From IMG/VR virus record IMGVR_UViG_3300027969_000041: DNA of 64,000 nt; one strand, 5' to 3'. Below are positions 30,301 to 38,451 of this stretch, piece after piece. This DNA comes from a virus (Duplodnaviria > Caudoviricetes). A program made the position numbers and the translations under genes. Each line of letters starts with the position of its first letter. Position 1 is the stretch's first letter. The notes below the pieces were generated by a model that worked only from the letters and a program-made list of their open reading frames with translations, was not told the origin of the DNA and did no database searches.

Positions 30301-32560
30301 GGCTTGTATTTTGTAGCGGAGCTCCGGACTGATATCTATCAACTAAATCTTCAGTCGGCGTAATATTTTGAATAATTTTTATTGCTAGGTCTCTTAGATA
30401 TGTAACCGCAGCAGTAGTAGTTGTAAGTTCGTTAGCAATATCTCCCACATACCCATCTTGATTCCAATATTGAATACCTGCAAATGTACTTTGACTAAAA
30501 GTTGATGTAGAGTATACTATATCAAATGCAATAGAGTCAATGATTAAACCTACATCTCTTTTACATTTTATTTTATTGTAAGGAAGAGCTTTGGGTGGAA
30601 AACATAAACTATTATTAATATAGTTTAATGTATTTTCTTGCATAAATGCTCTGTTTGCCTGCATTAAAATTTCTGCACTAACAAATGCTGCATCTGGTCC
30701 TGTACTATTATAGATTGCTGGCGCCACATCTGGGCCGTTGTTAATAATGTTGGTAACAATTCCAAAACAATTTGTTATAGAAGCGGATGCAATACTACCG
30801 CCAAGTAAGACTGTGTTTCTTACTTGTGGATTTAAACTTGCTACAGTAAATGTACAAGTGGTATTTGTAATAACTTCTAAGCATCGATCTCTTAGATAAT
30901 TAATAGCCGCAACAGTCTGAGTTTCTTGGCCAGCAATAGCACTAATAACACCGTTGTAATATGCTAGACCGCTCTGAACAGATTTTTCGTTACCACCAAA
31001 TGCAACATCATAAGCACAGTTCTCAATAAGAATAGCAACGTCACGCTTACATTTTTCTTGATTGTAATCAAAAGTAGGAAACTGAGCATTAATTCTAGAA
31101 ATAACTTGTTCTTGTAAGAATGATTTATTTGCCAGCATTAATGTTCTTGCATTAAAAAATCCAGGATTTTGTTGTCCTACATCAACACTCATTCCTTGTA
31201 CAATTGTTCCTGAGCTAACTGAAAGAATAATGCTAGTTGTATTTGCAATCCATGTGCCTGTACCAACTGCATCGGGAATCTGAACAGTTTGATTAGGTGT
31301 AAACAATGTACCGTCACGAAGCCACGGACCGGAAAGATTAGTACAGTTCTGAATGTATGGTGAGTGGAACAAGTCAATTCTATCATCACCCTCTTGTGGA
31401 GGAAACGCTGTACAGAAAGCACCGCGATTAAATCTATCTTGGTAAGGACCTTCTAGTAACCCACTTCGACCATTTAAGAACTGCATGAATGCTAGATAGC
31501 AACCAGATTCAACATGGAACAAGTCTTGAGTTTTATTAATAGGTTCAACGCCTGTTGTACGAATGTCTGATCCCATAACACTAGTATATGGCTTTAATCT
31601 AATCGGGTTATCTTCTAAATAATGTCCTGGACTAACTTGAATTTGTGTACCGGGTTGATAATAAGGACTGTTAACAGCACCTGTAATTGTACGACATGCA
31701 CGACTTGCATCTAATGCACGACCATCGTTAGTGTCGTCTCCGTCCATGGTAACATATAGAACATTAGTAACTACCGGAGCAGTACCAATTGGTTTTGTAC
31801 CTCGTACACGGATATCGCCGATAACATCAGTTAGGCCGCCTTCCGGTGCTAGTGTTAAGTTACTGGCTGTTGTTGAAATAAATGGAGAATAAATCTTTTC
31901 TAAATATGCTTCAGCCCATTGTGTTGATGTATTGCCAATCTTAGAATGACTGTTTAATGTAGGAAGAATGTTTTCTGTTACATTTAAATTTTTACCTAAA
32001 TAAACATCCCCTAAAATTCCAACTCCACCTGTGGCAGTAAATGCACCAGTGGTAGGGGATGTTGACGATGCTGTAGATGATACAAATATTTTGTCAGTTT
32101 TTAATTTTCCGGTAGCAGGATTGTATGTTAGACCAAACCCAACACCCGCGCCTGCTTCACTAGAATTGTCACCGCGCAGTTCCTGTGCTCTAATAGTACC
32201 AATTTCGTCAACAAACGTAAGGAAAAAAGATGAGTCAATATTAGTAGCTGTTACAATTACTTTGGTAGATGTAAAAGCCGCATCAATAATTCCGTGAATA
32301 ATACCGCCTACCCACAAGTCTTTTCCAATGCCAACACCGCCGTCGACAACTAAGGCGCCAGTTTGTGTGTTAAATGCTTGATTTTGTCCTGTGAATCTGG
32401 TATTTGGTGTCTGAATAGTTAAAATACCGTTAGGACTACTACTAATAATACTAGTGTTAGTAGAACTAATAATGACACTACCGTCAGGCGCGGAAATAGT
32501 ATACGATGCACCAGGTGTCGGATTTGTTGATATTGTGCCTGATACTCTTATTGTAGCCAT
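27302..32560 (-). CDS. Giant spike-like protein: parallel beta-helix scaffold with five phycobiliprotein-like (C-x-R-D) domains; likely start 32560 rather than 32614
   Basis: MATIRV start follows GGA SD and TAAATA; LYVTMDGDDTNDG...QVSPGHYLE beta-helix cap; five (K/L)CxRD repeats. Confidence 0.8.
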   Translation of the reverse strand: MATIRVSGTISTNPTPGASYTISAPDGSVIISSTNTSIISSSPNGILTIQTPNTRFTGQNQAFNTQTGALVVDGGVGIGKDLWVGGIIHGIIDAAFTSTKVIVTATNIDSSFFLTFVDEIGTIRAQELRGDNSSEAGAGVGFGLTYNPATGKLKTDKIFVSSTASSTSPTTGAFTATGGVGILGDVYLGKNLNVTENILPTLNSHSKIGNTSTQWAEAYLEKIYSPFISTTASNLTLAPEGGLTDVIGDIRVRGTKPIGTAPVVTNVLYVTMDGDDTNDGRALDASRACRTITGAVNSPYYQPGTQIQVSPGHYLEDNPIRLKPYTSVMGSDIRTTGVEPINKTQDLFHVESGCYLAFMQFLNGRSGLLEGPYQDRFNRGAFCTAFPPQEGDDRIDLFHSPYIQNCTNLSGPWLRDGTLFTPNQTVQIPDAVGTGTWIANTTSIILSVSSGTIVQGMSVDVGQQNPGFFNARTLMLANKSFLQEQVISRINAQFPTFDYNQEKCKRDVAILIENCAYDVAFGGNEKSVQSGLAYYNGVISAIAGQETQTVAAINYLRDRCLEVITNTTCTFTVASLNPQVRNTVLLGGSIASASITNCFGIVTNIINNGPDVAPAIYNSTGPDAAFVSAEILMQANRAFMQENTLNYINNSLCFPPKALPYNKIKCKRDVGLIIDSIAFDIVYSTSTFSQSTFAGIQYWNQDGYVGDIANELTTTTAAVTYLRDLAIKIIQNITPTEDLVDRYQSGAPLQNTSLEAATADEALIIANEFNIILDILGGNSLGWSDKIITNGNKSNLFSVENAVDLLQANKTYMKNEVVAYIDQTYPTFVGHYDPVKCKRDIGYMIDSVSFDLLHGGNRQAVQSGLAYYAANTTQITIENEEAETTDAFQYLATIAGNVIQNIAVTPLQTKIDQVFGATTATASESTLISKAISTVTNIISNGPVGYLYSPIGLTASSSTTVLTAFNNLIANKSFLQAEVVAYIDNKYNPNSFKYDEELCYRDTGLLIDAVSQDILLGGNSKSVEAGVAYWNQGYNYVAGQETTTTMAITYIKDIALQIIANTPITPQTGTQSTQVINTFFQYGGDYMPQQAVARNFHIISDIITRGKEYAPPVYQGGGLYALTGINGLDVKLSPKVTSVTNISTGTYLIGLNTATIGFGTNSTLYFGDTLVFPKQDKDVPDQWAQRRVDPIGGMGGSLVDGAVISTRSPINSFVYDAFTQLTQGGRGVRITNDGYAQLVSVFTIFSSVGVQVDNGGIASIVNSNANFGDLCLVAKGYGTRKFTGTIYNPAYKAYPKGTDLDQYYPNGYWPNNARVEAFIPDLNDRPHISLVMEVLPPTGHLNEQAFPGFLNAVPSLSSLTTGSITISNINTDGIAIGNALYVRDQYGSQTGTNGLLYAATGTIVSDLGYRSVTLNYALTSGGGEVGNDNFFNLYFCGNAYYTVLSSEVAENPKTNGVNLLSAAATGGTDQVAQHVTALTRMNTVVNQIISNTVVTTSTGVTTHQLIDNLVTGGAAAQTFINLRFGEIISIVSTATVTQAEAIIPEKIRTRTGPDVQGGGSAIALLEHNTDFIIDEINCYVKSTNPGFVYDENKCKRDVKIILQRLIYDIETGGRYNSVMTGLSYWSRSGTHHIVSLGENVRRNDLFPDGSEINFYQRSYISASGYVFEYVGAGTNYGALPQFGIADPVQGKETVQLGSGKVFFTSTDQNGDFRIGPGLVISQATGVLSGRTFTKSLFANMTPFILAIEGGNL

Positions 32561-32588
32561 TTTATATTCCTTTAGAGTATTTATTAGT

Positions 32589-33074
32589 TTAATGAATTCG
32601 TAATTCCACAGCATCTATAAATGCTGGATCTTTGTGCGGCCAATGTAGATGTGCCTGTAATCTAATTACAACTCCAAAATTATTATCTAATGTTTCTATT
32701 GATAAATTTTCCATTGCCCATACATCTGTTTTGTTGCCGTACAATTTAGTAGGTGCTAGATCTAATGTTGCACGATTTTCACTTACTTGGTCATTAATAA
32801 CTAAACTGATTGTTTCATCAGTAACTCGTCCTCGTCTTTTAACCGACAACCTTAATTCAACTCCTGAAATAGTTTCAGGTAAGTTTTGAAAATTAAAGCC
32901 AGTTGCTTTTAAGTAATAAGTCTTTGTTCGTAAATCATGTTTAGGACTTCTTGCGATATGTTCTAAACATCCATTGGTCGATTTTAAAGAATTATCCCAC
33001 TGTACATGCACTGATTCAGCACCTTCTTCGGCATATTGAGTCAATGTGGTTGGATTAGTCCATGGAGTGGTCAT
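32589..33074 (-). CDS. Hypothetical beta-rich late protein
   Basis: 161-aa ORF; TAAATA at 33080-33085 lies 5 nt before the ATG. Confidence 0.6.
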   Translation of the reverse strand: MTTPWTNPTTLTQYAEEGAESVHVQWDNSLKSTNGCLEHIARSPKHDLRTKTYYLKATGFNFQNLPETISGVELRLSVKRRGRVTDETISLVINDQVSENRATLDLAPTKLYGNKTDVWAMENLSIETLDNNFGVVIRLQAHLHWPHKDPAFIDAVELRIH

Positions 33075-33109
33075 ACCTATATTTACCTAAATAGATTTTA
33101 TACATATTA

Positions 33110-33142
33110 AATGAAAAAAGAACCCAAGGTTCTTTTTTCATT
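33110..33142. terminator. Perfect 15-bp inverted repeat, probable bidirectional terminator
   Basis: AATGAAAAAAGAACC-CAA-GGTTCTTTTTTCATT. Confidence 0.8.
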
Positions 33143-33174
33143 CTTCCTGTTAGGACCTAAGTCCCTATTCTTAA

Positions 33175-33870
33175 TTATTGGTTATCAATAGTTACTGTAG
33201 TATTGGCTACAGCACTACCAAAAGTCCATCCAGCAGTTGCACCAGATGCAAATTGTGAACCAATAGTTGTTGTGCCGCCATGTACGTTGGCAGCAGGAAC
33301 TAATACAACTTTGCGAGATGTTAGTTTAGCAACAAAATATGTGTTACCGGCACTGTCAGTGGCTTTGATACTCATCTCGCCTGCACTTTTGGCTTCTGTA
33401 GTTACTAGTGTGAAAAAACCAGTACCTTGACTTGTTTGTACTTTATAACGACGCGATCCTTGTTGTTTAACAACGTCGCCTGTAAGAATTTCAGCATCAC
33501 CTGAACCAAGTTGCGTTTCGCACTTAATGCCGTTAACTCTAGTTGAACTTAATGTTGCAGTTGGTGTTACAGTAGTAGAGCCGCCTGCAAGCGAGCCACG
33601 AACTGTTACAGTTGGGGCTGCTGTATAGCCTGAGCCAGCTGATACAACTGAAACACTACCTGTAGTAGTGCTTAATGCAGTAAATGCTAATACTGGTTTT
33701 GCTCCGCCAGTAATTTGTGGTGCAGTAATATCTGCGGCTAAAATTGTGAATGGACCGCCTGCGGCCATTCCAGCTAAACCAGTTACTGCGGCAACTGACG
33801 CTACACCTTCACCGCCTACACCTACTGCGTTAGTATTAGCAAAAAATTTCTTATTTAAAGGACGTCCCAT
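33175..33870 (-). CDS. Virion structural protein downstream of the major capsid gene (possible decoration protein)
   Basis: 231-aa Gly/Ala/Thr-rich ORF (MGRPLNKKFF) with GSGYTAAPTVTV; strong SD AAGGAG and its own late promoter. Confidence 0.6.
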   Translation of the reverse strand: MGRPLNKKFFANTNAVGVGGEGVASVAAVTGLAGMAAGGPFTILAADITAPQITGGAKPVLAFTALSTTTGSVSVVSAGSGYTAAPTVTVRGSLAGGSTTVTPTATLSSTRVNGIKCETQLGSGDAEILTGDVVKQQGSRRYKVQTSQGTGFFTLVTTEAKSAGEMSIKATDSAGNTYFVAKLTSRKVVLVPAANVHGGTTTIGSQFASGATAGWTFGSAVANTTVTIDNQ

Positions 33871-33892
33871 TTTATTTTCTCCTTGATGAAAA

Positions 33893-33950
33893 ACAGCGTT
33901 CTAGGCTGTACGCGGTTGGATTTCCGCATAAAACTTACCCTATGTAAGTT
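33893..33950 (-). promoter_or_regulatory. Three-hairpin structured 5' leader
   Basis: AACUUAC/GUAAGUU, UAUGCGG/CCGCGUA and ACAGC/GCUGU lie between TAAATA (33959-33964) and the SD. Confidence 0.6.
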
Positions 33951-34001
33951 ATACCATTTATTTATGCGTTCCAACATTAACTGTAACTATACTTAATCAA
34001 C

Positions 34002-34023
34002 AAAAAACCCGCCGAAGCGGGTT
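34002..34023 (-). terminator. Rho-independent terminator after the major capsid gene
   Basis: AACCCGC-TTCG-GCGGGTT followed by a T run. Confidence 0.9.
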
Positions 34024-34054
34024 AATTGTTTGCTTTTTTAAGACAAGTAACGGA

Positions 34055-35239
34055 TTACTTGAAGCTTACTTTTGCGCTAGTGATAGCAACTTTACCTAAG
34101 TAGTCAGCTGCATTACCTAGAGAAGAAGCAGTGTTGCTTAACTCTACATAACCGTAACGTGTTAGGAAGCCAACTACTGGCTCAAATGTTGCTGGGTCTA
34201 AAACAACACCAGAAGACATTAGAGGAATGTAAGGGCAATAGAAAGCAGCGGCATCAGCTTCGCTAGAACCTTTGTAACCGATCAATACTTGGTTAGCATC
34301 TTGAGCAGTTGCATCAGTCATGTAAGCGTCAACATAGATACGCATTGCGCCGTTTAGTGTACCAACAAACTTAGTGTTTGTAGGTGCTTCGAATGTACCT
34401 TCTGTAGTACGAGCAAAAGCAGATGTTGTTGCAGACTGAAGGATCGTTAGAGCCTGGTTAGAAACAACAGCCCAGTTACCTGAACCACGACGTGTACGTT
34501 GAGCGATCAAGTTGCTTACGCGATTGATCTGGATGGCTAGAGCGGCATGCTCGTCACCAACGAATGTAGCTGTACCAGAAACTAATGACTGGTCATATGT
34601 TTCTTCAACAGAAGCCAAGCTACGTAAAGAAGCTAGGATCTCTTGATCGATTTCAGCTGTGATTTCTTGTGCTAGAGCAGCCATGATTTCTGCTTCGATG
34701 TCAATGCCTTGTTGGGCTTGTGCATCTTGAGCAGCTTCAAAAGTCCAACGTGCGCTTAGTTTACGAGACTTAGCTTCGACTGGGCTCTTCAAGATTTGAA
34801 TGCTCATACGCTTGCCTGGACGACCTTCAAGGGCAGCAGTTGAAGTTGCTCTTGGAGATGTTGTGCTATCACCGTTACCAGAATAACCAGCAGCGATTTT
34901 GAATGGGCTTAGTGCCTCTTCACCAGCTTGTACTTGGTCGTCAGCGTCAGCATAACGAACACGTAAAGTGTGGATCTGTGCAACTGGGCCTGTCATTGGC
35001 TGAACACCAATGATTTCGTTAGCAATAACTGTAGGCATAACACGACGGATAACTGGTAGAATAACACGGTTAAGTGTAGCTACGTTACCTGCAGATGTTG
35101 CACCAGCTGTTGCGCTCTCAGCCAAGTGGCGACGAGTGTTTTCTAGGCAAACTGCCATAGAAGACTTACGGTTACCGGATAGGCCTTCAAGCAGAGCTTC
35201 TTTGGTCTCTGACCATCTTTCATTTAATAATTGTGACAT
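34055..35239 (-). CDS. gp23: Major capsid protein
   Basis: LPVIRRVMP..IANEIIGVQPMTGPVAQI, VEAKSRKL.ARWTFE.AQD, EITAEIDQE, FYCPYIPL, F.P.VGF.TRYG. Confidence 0.98.
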   Translation of the reverse strand: MSQLLNERWSETKEALLEGLSGNRKSSMAVCLENTRRHLAESATAGATSAGNVATLNRVILPVIRRVMPTVIANEIIGVQPMTGPVAQIHTLRVRYADADDQVQAGEEALSPFKIAAGYSGNGDSTTSPRATSTAALEGRPGKRMSIQILKSPVEAKSRKLSARWTFEAAQDAQAQQGIDIEAEIMAALAQEITAEIDQEILASLRSLASVEETYDQSLVSGTATFVGDEHAALAIQINRVSNLIAQRTRRGSGNWAVVSNQALTILQSATTSAFARTTEGTFEAPTNTKFVGTLNGAMRIYVDAYMTDATAQDANQVLIGYKGSSEADAAAFYCPYIPLMSSGVVLDPATFEPVVGFLTRYGYVELSNTASSLGNAADYLGKVAITSAKVSFK

Positions 35240-35262
35240 TTTAATTGTCTCCTTGAATATAA

Positions 35263-36357
35263 TTATTTAGATAAACCCGCTAACTTGCGGATATCTAAGA
35301 TGTTATCTAAGCCTACCTCAGGCTTGCTTTCACGATTTCCAGTTACGGCTGAACTTTCTGCTAGCATTGCTTTCTTAGGAGCAGGTTTGCGTGATTGTCC
35401 GTCCATTACAGCTGGTAGGTACTTATCGAAAGCTTCATTTAGTTTCTGAGTCTGTACAGACTCAAGAAGTTCTTTCATGATCTCTCTCTTGCTAGCGTCC
35501 AATGGACCTAACAACTCGCCCATAACAACTTTACGTTCCATCAAATCTTTCTGAATACGAATTTCGCGATCTTTGGATTCTACGATAGTAGTTTTTTCTG
35601 TTACTGCTTGTTTTGCTTCGGATAATTCTTGATCTTTCTTAGCGATGATCTTTAACAATTTACTTGTTTCAGATTTCTCATTTAGATAAGAACTAGAATA
35701 TTCTTGTGCAAATGCTTCATAAATTTTACGACCAAAATCATTTGTACGAGCACTGTCAATATCTTCTTTCAATTGCTTGATTTCAGATGTTAACTTTTTA
35801 GTTACTACGTTTTCGACAACTTTAGCACTATGCTTGATGAAGTTTGTTTTAATATCTTCAAATTTGCTCTTTGCTTCACGGACTAACTTAACTTTCGTTT
35901 CAGCTAGGTCACGTTTGTCTACAGCAAACTCACCGATCTCTTTAGCTAGAGCGTGAACTACGAATTGCTCTAACTTGCTGAAATTCTCAGAAACTTTCTT
36001 ACGGTCTCCTTGGAACTCAACTAATTCTTTGCCTAATTGATTAATAACAAATCCTTCTAACTTTTTAGCATCTTCAGCAATACGAGTTTGGTATTGTGCT
36101 TTTGCTTCAGCTAGAGCTTTTTTGTCATTGTGCAATTCAGCCATTTCTACGGCCAATCTATCGCTTAACATCTTGTCGATTGCTTCAACCATAACAGTCT
36201 TATCATGACTGTATTTTTGTGCAAACTCTTCACGAAGTTCTGCGGTGACTTGGTCGCGATTCTCTTGAAGTTTAGCGGCAAGGGCAATTTCGACAACTTG
36301 TTGTGTCTCTACTGTCATTACGCCTGACTCTACTAATTGTTTGAATGCGTCCAACAT
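35263..36357 (-). CDS. gp22: Prohead scaffold protein
   Basis: Coiled-coil, E/K-rich; lies between protease and capsid genes. Confidence 0.85.
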   Translation of the reverse strand: MLDAFKQLVESGVMTVETQQVVEIALAAKLQENRDQVTAELREEFAQKYSHDKTVMVEAIDKMLSDRLAVEMAELHNDKKALAEAKAQYQTRIAEDAKKLEGFVINQLGKELVEFQGDRKKVSENFSKLEQFVVHALAKEIGEFAVDKRDLAETKVKLVREAKSKFEDIKTNFIKHSAKVVENVVTKKLTSEIKQLKEDIDSARTNDFGRKIYEAFAQEYSSSYLNEKSETSKLLKIIAKKDQELSEAKQAVTEKTTIVESKDREIRIQKDLMERKVVMGELLGPLDASKREIMKELLESVQTQKLNEAFDKYLPAVMDGQSRKPAPKKAMLAESSAVTGNRESKPEVGLDNILDIRKLAGLSK

Positions 36358-36374
36358 TTATTTCTCCTCGGGCT

Positions 36375-37007
36375 TTATTTTAGACCTTTAATAATATTCA
36401 AAAGAGACTCTTGAATATATTTCTGGGCCTTTGGATCTTCTTTTACTTCTGTTGCTACCTTGAATGCTCTCATCCCGCCTCTAGTGTTCATAATATGCTC
36501 ATAAACAGGAGTAGGATAAGCGCCAGGAGCACTTGGCTGTGCAACTACGTCTACAGTAATAATTTCGAAATCTGATACATGGCCGTTTCCGTCGTTAACG
36601 TTGCCGCTACCACGAGAACTAACACCAAGTTTTACACCGCTTTCGAGCATTGTGCGTACTAAGTTACCCATCGGTGTAGGAAGGATTTTCATCTTTCCAT
36701 AACCGTTAGGACCTTCCATCCACATTTGAGTGATCATATGGGATACACGGTCCAAATTTACTTTAAGATCATCTGGGTGATCAACTTCGCCTAGAACGCT
36801 ATACCCGTTTTGAATTTGATCGTTAAGTGTTTTCACAGCACGTTCAATTTCATCTACAGGGTAGACACGTTGATTAGCATTGCGAATACCACCTTGGATA
36901 GCAATACCTTTTAAGTAAAGGCTCTTGCCATCCTTGTCGTCAGACTCAAGTACTACTCCAGCCTGATCAAAACTTAGGTTTTCACGAAGATAGGAAATCT
37001 GTCTCAT
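36375..37007 (-). CDS. gp21: Prohead protease
   Basis: NANQRVYP, GEVDHP, LGVSSRGSG, TVDVVAQPSAPGA. Confidence 0.97.
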   Translation of the reverse strand: MRQISYLRENLSFDQAGVVLESDDKDGKSLYLKGIAIQGGIRNANQRVYPVDEIERAVKTLNDQIQNGYSVLGEVDHPDDLKVNLDRVSHMITQMWMEGPNGYGKMKILPTPMGNLVRTMLESGVKLGVSSRGSGNVNDGNGHVSDFEIITVDVVAQPSAPGAYPTPVYEHIMNTRGGMRAFKVATEVKEDPKAQKYIQESLLNIIKGLK

Positions 37008-37020
37008 CCAGTTTCTCTAA

Positions 37021-38016
37021 TTAAGCGTTACGATTAGGAGCACCGTTTAGTGGGCTCTTAGCTTGACCAACGCTTGTTTGTCCAGCTTTGTCACCTGTAC
37101 CAGAACCAACTGGTCCAGCTGTCTTGCTGTTTTGTGTAACTTTGCTTAGGTTCTTAACGCCCATCTTTCCGCCAGGAACGTTACCGTTACCAGTTTTCAT
37201 GTCTTGTGCGTTTTTAACAAACCCGCCAACTTTACCGTTGGGGCTTGTTCCGTCCATAGCGCCTTCACCTGTAGCACTTTGATTAATGCCACCTGCGCCT
37301 GCACCTGTTACTGGCTTACCTTTGCCAGAACTTACTGGGCTTTTGCCTTCTACAGGAGCCGGCATGCCTTCACCTGTGTTAGCACCAGCGTATTGACCTT
37401 GTGTCTTTTGGCTGTTCTTTTCCCAGTCGTTTCCAACTTTCTCAGTGTACTCGCGTGTCATACGACGACCTTCGCGCATACCCATCATTTCGTCTTCTGG
37501 TTTGTCGTCACCGCCAAATGCTGGCGTATCGCCCATGTCTTTGTCCATGTCGTCACCGGAAGGTCCCATTCCGCCCTTAGCTTGTTCTAGATCGGCAAAA
37601 GCAGCTTCTAGTTCGGCAATAGCGTTCTTGATGTCAAAGATTGCAGACGCTTCGCTGCCTTCTTCTCCACCCATTTCGGGTTCTGTAGCACCGACGTCAC
37701 CGCCGAAGTCACCTGTTTTTTCCATTCCGCCGGCTTCTGGGTCTTCACCTTCGTCATCGGCTTCCATGCTATATGAATCTTCTAGATCCACGTTTTCATC
37801 AACTGATTCGTCTGCATCTTCTTCAGCTTCGTCAACTGATTCTTCTGCATCTTCATCTTCTGCTTCATCAACAGATTCTTCTTGCTCTTCTTCAGCAATC
37901 AGATTTTCGTATATATCTCTAGATTTCTCAACAACGATTTCATGGAAAAGTTCATTGGCTTTATCCATTTCTTCGTTTACTAAAAGATCTAGGAGTTGTT
38001 CAAATTTTGTAGACAT
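37021..38016 (-). CDS. Acidic prohead core-like protein
   Basis: Helical N-terminus (ANELFHEIVVEKSRDIYENL) then D/E-rich and Gly-rich tracts; occupies the T4 gp67/68 position. Confidence 0.6.
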   Translation of the reverse strand: MSTKFEQLLDLLVNEEMDKANELFHEIVVEKSRDIYENLIAEEEQEESVDEAEDEDAEESVDEAEEDADESVDENVDLEDSYSMEADDEGEDPEAGGMEKTGDFGGDVGATEPEMGGEEGSEASAIFDIKNAIAELEAAFADLEQAKGGMGPSGDDMDKDMGDTPAFGGDDKPEDEMMGMREGRRMTREYTEKVGNDWEKNSQKTQGQYAGANTGEGMPAPVEGKSPVSSGKGKPVTGAGAGGINQSATGEGAMDGTSPNGKVGGFVKNAQDMKTGNGNVPGGKMGVKNLSKVTQNSKTAGPVGSGTGDKAGQTSVGQAKSPLNGAPNRNA

Positions 38017-38045
38017 TAATAATTCTCCTTAATTGGTAGCGGCAA

Positions 38046-38115
38046 GGCTGTAATGTTATTTACAGCCGTTCTGATATACTTATGTGAAATAGGCCTAAAA
38101 CGAGCCGTTTTAGGC
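38046..38115. repeat. Two inverted repeats upstream of the head operon, the first enclosing the late promoter
   Basis: GGCTGTAA/TTACAGCC (38046-38067; TAAATA on minus at 38057-38062) and GCCTAAAACG/CGTTTTAGGC (38093-38115). Confidence 0.8.
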
Positions 38116-38200
38116 AAATAGACGCAGAGTTTTGCTCTGGATTGACAAATTTTTGTTAAAAATATTTAGTTTCTGTTCTAAAATATTAAACATACAGTTA

Positions 38201-38443
38201 TTATACGGCCGCTTCGGGCGGCGGCATAGCATACATTTTACGAACTAGACCTAATTCTTCTTTCTTTTCTTGCTCACGAGAATCGCCTGCTTTGCGTAGA
38301 TCATTCAACATCCGTAGTGTTAAACGAGTCTTACGAAGATCAGATTTGCGTAAAACGCTGGTATCGTTTTGACTTAGATAGCGATTATCCTCAATGGGAT
38401 CGGCGCTTTTATTATCAAAATAAGTAAATTCTCTTAGTAGCAT
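38201..38443 (-). CDS. Small hypothetical head-block protein
   Basis: 80-aa ORF (RKTRLTLRMLNDLRK); TAAATA 5 nt before the ATG. Confidence 0.65.
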   Translation of the reverse strand: MLLREFTYFDNKSADPIEDNRYLSQNDTSVLRKSDLRKTRLTLRMLNDLRKAGDSREQEKKEELGLVRKMYAMPPPEAAV

Positions 38444-38451
38444 GATGTTAT

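Noticed and set aside
32561-32614. Track start of the 1770-aa ORF at 32614
   Set aside because: It overlaps the upstream gene; the ATG at 32560 has an SD-like GGA and a TAAATA upstream.
37088-38032. Overlapping plus-strand ORFs opposite the acidic core gene, and similar antisense ORFs across the fibre block
   Set aside because: These are expected stop-poor antisense frames from biased codon usage in low-complexity genes, with no promoters or SDs.
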